64,000 nucleotides of DNA from an uncultured Gammaproteobacteria bacterium. GTDB lineage: Bacteria > Pseudomonadota > Gammaproteobacteria > CAWCPV01. Positions 59,892 through 64,000 of the stretch are shown in pieces (position 1 is the first letter of the stretch; every line of letters starts with the position of its first letter). The stretch spans positions 192,001-256,000 of the forward strand of contig CAWCPV010000014.1 in assembly GCA_963797555.1 (NCBI GenBank), read 5' to 3'. The notes below the pieces were generated by a model. That model made no database searches. It worked only from the letters and a program-made list of their open reading frames with translations, and was not told the DNA's origin. The position numbers were made by a program, and so were the translations under genes.

Positions 59892-61730
59892 TCACGCAGC
59901 AGACTCCCGACGCTGCGAATTCCTGACGAACTCCTCGGCTACGAGAAGGCTGAGGATGTGATTTCTACCATCACCGCGCCCACTTTGCAATAGTTGGTCA
60001 AGACCGGCCGGATCGGCCACGCCGAGCGAGGCCAGTGCCCAGTCGCCAGCGCGTGCCGGAACGCGGCGCAGCAATGCGTCTATCTCGCGGTCGAACAAGG
60101 CATCGAAGACTGTCTTGTCGAGGCGGTCCCGCACCGCCGGAGGCACACTTTGGCCGGCGGCGAGGCGTTGCAAGTGGCGCCGCCGGCGCCCGTGGACGAA
60201 GGCGCGCGGGGGGCACGCGAAGCAGAACGTCATCAGGTCGAGGTCGAAGTAGGGGTACCGGAGCTCGATACCGAAGTGCCCCGCGTAGCGCTCGAGCGCG
60301 AGAGGCACCCCGCCCTGGTGGACGCGGAGATTCAGCAGCATCCTCTCCCGGTTCGTCTGGTACTCGTCCGTGGTCACCCCCAGCTCGCGACGGGCTCGGG
60401 CGTCGGCCAGGGCCTCGCGCCACGTAGCTGCGAGCCAGCCGGGGGGGAGATAGGGCACACGCCGCCGGAGCAATCGCCGGCGCCAGGCGCCGAGCCTGCG
60501 GCGCACGAGCAGCGCTCGCGATGCCGTCGGCGGCAGGCGCACCCGCAGGCAGTCGAGCGCGGCGCGCAGTACCCGGCCGGCGGCGACTTCCTCGTCGAGG
60601 TACTCGAACCCCCCGTCCAGCCACTCGTCGCCCCCGATGCCGAGCAGCAGAGTTGCACGCCCGTCGCGGCGGAGCGGCTGCGCCACCAGCTTGAGCTGGA
60701 ACAAGGTCGCTCCGGGCGCATAATCGCTGAGGCGGACCATCTCCTCGATGTGGTCGGCGAGGCGTGCCGCTGCGCCGTCGACAATCGTCCCGTCCGACTC
60801 TGTCCAGCGCAGGACCTCCTGCACAAGAGCCGTCTCGTCACAACGCTGGCCGGGGTAGCCAATGGTGTAAGGACGAACGGCATCGGCCCCGACCTCACCG
60901 CGCCTCGCGCGTGCGGCGAGCAGCCCCCAGAGGCAGCCAGAGTCGAGCCCGCCGCTCAGGGACAGCCCGCAAGGCCGGTCGGGCAGCGCCCGGCGGATGG
61001 CGACATCGAGACGCCCCCACAACTCCTCGGCGAGGGCACGGATGTCGTAGCGTCCCCCCGATGACGGCTCGGGCGGCTGCCAGTAAGCGACGCTCGACCG
61101 CCGCCAGCGGCCGGCAGAAACGTCCCGCGACCAGGCGTGGACGTGTCCGGGGAAGACCAGGAACACATCTCGGAATAGCGTACGTTGGTCGGGCGGCGCC
61201 AGCCGGGTCATCACGTGCACCAGCGCCTCGACATCCAGCTCGGGCGCGCGCCCGGCAGCAGCCAGCACCTGACGCGGCTCCGACGCCACAATCAAGTGTC
61301 CTCCATCAATGGCGAGGAACAGGGGACGCAACCCGACAACGTCCCGAGCCAGCAGGAGGCGCCCCGTCGCCCTTTCGACGACCAGAGCGGCGAACTCGCC
61401 ACGCAGCCGGGCGAAGGCAGCCTCGCCCCACGCCGCCACGCAGGAGGCCACGCACTCCGCCACGGTCGTGGCTGGGGCTAGGTCGGGGCCGAGCAGCGGC
61501 TGCAGCTCGCACCAGTTGCCGACCCAGCCGTGGACCGCCACGACGAGATTGGGCCGGACCGCTAGGGTCGCGTCGCCAGCGCCGGTCTGTACCGCGACCA
61601 CGGTACCGGCGCGCTCGTCTGCGTATTGGGAGACTTGCGTCCCGCGGTGCGATGCCGCCGCCACCGCGCGACGCGATGCGGCGATGGACCTGTCAAGACC
61701 GTCCCCGAAGACTGCTACAATTCCGCCCAT
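59892..61730 (-). CDS. lasso cyclase (asparagine synthetase-like)
   Basis: MGGI (no catalytic Cys), ARDVVGLRPLF, LSGGLDS, GIGGDE, RYPYFD. Confidence 0.85.
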   Translation of the reverse strand: MGGIVAVFGDGLDRSIAASRRAVAAASHRGTQVSQYADERAGTVVAVQTGAGDATLAVRPNLVVAVHGWVGNWCELQPLLGPDLAPATTVAECVASCVAAWGEAAFARLRGEFAALVVERATGRLLLARDVVGLRPLFLAIDGGHLIVASEPRQVLAAAGRAPELDVEALVHVMTRLAPPDQRTLFRDVFLVFPGHVHAWSRDVSAGRWRRSSVAYWQPPEPSSGGRYDIRALAEELWGRLDVAIRRALPDRPCGLSLSGGLDSGCLWGLLAARARRGEVGADAVRPYTIGYPGQRCDETALVQEVLRWTESDGTIVDGAAARLADHIEEMVRLSDYAPGATLFQLKLVAQPLRRDGRATLLLGIGGDEWLDGGFEYLDEEVAAGRVLRAALDCLRVRLPPTASRALLVRRRLGAWRRRLLRRRVPYLPPGWLAATWREALADARARRELGVTTDEYQTNRERMLLNLRVHQGGVPLALERYAGHFGIELRYPYFDLDLMTFCFACPPRAFVHGRRRRHLQRLAAGQSVPPAVRDRLDKTVFDALFDREIDALLRRVPARAGDWALASLGVADPAGLDQLLQSGRGDGRNHILSLLVAEEFVRNSQRRESAA

Positions 61731-61764
61731 GCGACGACAAGCGCTTTCCAACGAGGACGTATCA

Positions 61765-62260
61765 GTGGCGGTGAGGCCGGTCTCGGGCAGCGAGGCAGTG
61801 CGCCCACGACCCAACGGCGAGGCTGGGCTAGTTTACCAGATCATGCTGTTCGCGCACGCGCTGCGCTTGTGCTACCGGGCGCGTCGGTTGTGTTCAGAGC
61901 CGCTGAGCGAGGTTGTGCGTCGGCTGGCCGCCGTGCGTGGCCTTCCCCACAACATCCCGCCCCCGGAAGCCTGGCGCGCGGCGGCGCGAGCCTGTTACCG
62001 CATGAAGTGGTGGATGGGCGGGCTGGACTCGTGCCTCAGCCGCTCTTTGGTTGCTGGTGCCCTGGTCGCCGACCGGGCCGACGTGGTGGTTCACATCGGG
62101 TTCCGGAGCGTCAAGGGCTGGCCCCACGAAAGCGCAGACGGTCACGCCTGGCTCACGGTGTCGGGGGAGGCCGCCGGCCATCACGACCCCGAGAACGTCA
62201 TTGAGCAGTCCTACGTCAGGGTCTTCGATGTCCCACTCAGTCGAGGAAGGCTACCCATGA
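61765..62260 (+). CDS. lasso leader peptidase (B2, transglutaminase-like); end uncertain
   Basis: CLSRS...IGF...GHAWL. Confidence 0.8.
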
Positions 62261-62529
62261 GCCAGTTCGAGACGCTCGTCACGACCCTGCGAGGGGAACG
62301 CTATACGCTTACCAAGCTTGCTGACGCCACCGGGGTGTTGCTCAATGTGGATGCTCGGGTGGTTTACACGCTGAGCGAGACCGGTGTTTTCCTGGTGGAA
62401 GGCATCCTCGGCGGGGCGGCTACCACCGAGGAGCTTGTTGCGGCCCTCGTGACAGCGTTCGAGGTCGACGAACTGACGGCCACGAAGGACGTGACGCGTT
62501 TCCTCGAGGATCTCGGTGCCCGACTCTGA
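62257..62529 (+). CDS. second PqqD-family RRE (B1)
   Basis: GGAAGG RBS + ATG; GVLLNV..VYTLSETG...FEVD...DVTRFL. Confidence 0.8.
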   Translation: MSQFETLVTTLRGERYTLTKLADATGVLLNVDARVVYTLSETGVFLVEGILGGAATTEELVAALVTAFEVDELTATKDVTRFLEDLGARL

Positions 62530-62731
62530 GGTCGTGTCGTCCCGGTGACAGACTGCCGGACCTGACCCGACGCGCGCTTATCTGTCTGCGCTGCGGCCGG
62601 CGTTTGTGCCGCAGGGAGGCGCATGAGATGCCCCACAACGCCGGGATGTGCGAGCATGGCTAGGCTGAGGTACGAGCCTGGACCATGACAGCAGACGCTT
62701 CATGAACGGAATCCGGGTCCTCCGAGCCTTT

Positions 62732-64000
62732 CTACCCTTGCTCGCCGTGCTGACGGCGCAGCTCTCTAATTACGCGCCGTATGCCCTGCGCGACGTCCTT
62801 CCAGGCGCTATCCCGGTCGGGCCAGAGCCTGACCGCCTCGCCGTTTTTCGGCAGGGCCTGTAGCTTTGCGAACGGGGCAGTGGTCCAATCGCAGTCGCGG
62901 ACGATGACCGGAATGACGCGCGCTTCCCCGCCCTCGTGGCGTTCCATAGCCCGCATCATCTCCACGTCGTAGCAGTAGTCCGAGGAAAGAAAATCCGCAC
63001 TCACCAGCAGCAATATGATCTCGGCCCGCTCCAGATTCCCGTCTATCTGTCCTTTCCACTCGCCCCCCGAGCAGCCTGCGGTCGTGCCAGGCGGAGATGT
63101 CGCCCTGGCGCTGTAGCAGCTTCAGGTGAGTTTCGAGCTCGTCGCGCAGGGTTTCGTCCTTGTGAGAGTAAGAATAGAACAGCCTCAATGGCGGTGCCTC
63201 GCGTGCCGATGCGCGCTCGGGGCGCCGGGCGCCTTCGAGGTCGACCCCGTCCAGCAGCTCACGCACGTCCACCCCGATGACTTCATCATCCCCTATGACC
63301 TCAGGGAAGCTTGCTATTCCCTTGGCGTCCAAAGCGATCAGCTTCTTGTAGTCCACGCGCACGCTGGGATGGCCCGGCACCGGAACCTTTGCCGCCACGG
63401 CCAGCTTCGGGATGTCGGCATGGATGCGCTCGAAATCCGAGCGGATGACGGCCAGCAATCGGCGGCGCGCATCCGGATCGGGCCCGCCGATCCGGATGGT
63501 CACGGTGCGGTCCGAGCTATCGGCCTTCACCAACGCTAGGCAGCCCTCCCACTGCAGCACCACGCCGCTCCGCCATCGCGGCCGGTCGGTGCTGAGTACG
63601 TGCGTGCGCACGATGAAGCCTGGGAGCAGGCCTTCCGGGAGGATGTCGTAGTGGTACTCGAAATTGAGACAACGATAGGCGTCGAGGTCTTCGCCCACCT
63701 CCGGCTCCTCCTTTCCGAGCAGCTCCGGGATGAGGTAACGATGTTGCAAGTCGTCGGGATAGGCGAAGCAGAGCTTGAACTTGCGCATGAGCTCCAGCAG
63801 GAACCCGTGCTTTTCCGCGGGATAGTCCTGTGCTGGCAGCAGTCGGCCGAGGTCGCTCAACCGCAGCTCACCGTGCCGCTCGGCCACCAGTTCCGAGTTC
63901 AGCAGCCGGTAAATCCCGTCGGTGATCCAGCGCGGATTGAGCACGCTGGTATCCCTGAGCCGCGGATCGTCGCGGTAGTTCAGCGCGATCCCCAGGCAGT
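62732..64000 (-). CDS. COR domain + TIR domain protein (Roco-like), 5' part outside window; apparent frameshift near 63065
   Basis: VLNPRWITDGIY, LMRKFKLCF, YDILPEGL..FIVR, WRSGV; FYSYSHKDE, LLVSADFLSSDYC, PVIVRDCDW. Confidence 0.85.

Noticed and set aside
61309-62529. Apparent novel B2-B1 (peptidase-RRE) fusion in reversed order
   Set aside because: The RRE has its own RBS and an ATGA overlap at 62257; one indel near 62230 would end B2 at 62260. Likely an artefact given the indel rate.

Overview
GC-rich bacterial window, probably proteobacterial (inference). Many conserved genes carry single-base frameshifts, which suggests an unpolished long-read assembly. 1-15.3 kb: an energy/fermentation gene run (MBX/MBS-type NuoC/NuoD, NuoI-GltD fusion, rubrerythrin-like protein, fbaB, pfk, ppsA, GltD-like protein, PFOR, DHOD-like protein). 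15.4-24 kb: a defence-like island (hsdR relic, TIGR04255-like/hypothetical/HNH trio, and a wHTH + ATPase + nuclease-FtsK trio). 25-28.9 kb: housekeeping genes. 29.3-38.2 kb holds the main finding: a TIR-iSTAND / MoxR / vWA-like-FGE ternary conflict system running into a complete diversity-generating retroelement (Avd, TR 35733-35861, RT). Its variable repeat (37121-37249; 15 of 15 mismatches at TR adenines) lies in a convergent membrane-anchored FGE/CLec gene. 38.2-46.1 kb: TcmP/DUF5131 pair and a mobile-element graveyard (IS630::IS21, group II intron 3' end, attC/cassette remnants, an IS621-like IS110 with readable bridge-RNA guides inserted in a REP, IS4 and IS200 relics). 46.3-54.8 kb: RNase Z-like gene, glgC, rep, fccB-like gene, Rieske protein, ctaA. 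55-62.5 kb: a lasso-peptide cluster with precursor, kinase, sulfotransferase and nucleotidyltransferase. The window ends in a COR-TIR (Roco-like) gene. All family calls come from motif recognition by eye, not database searches.
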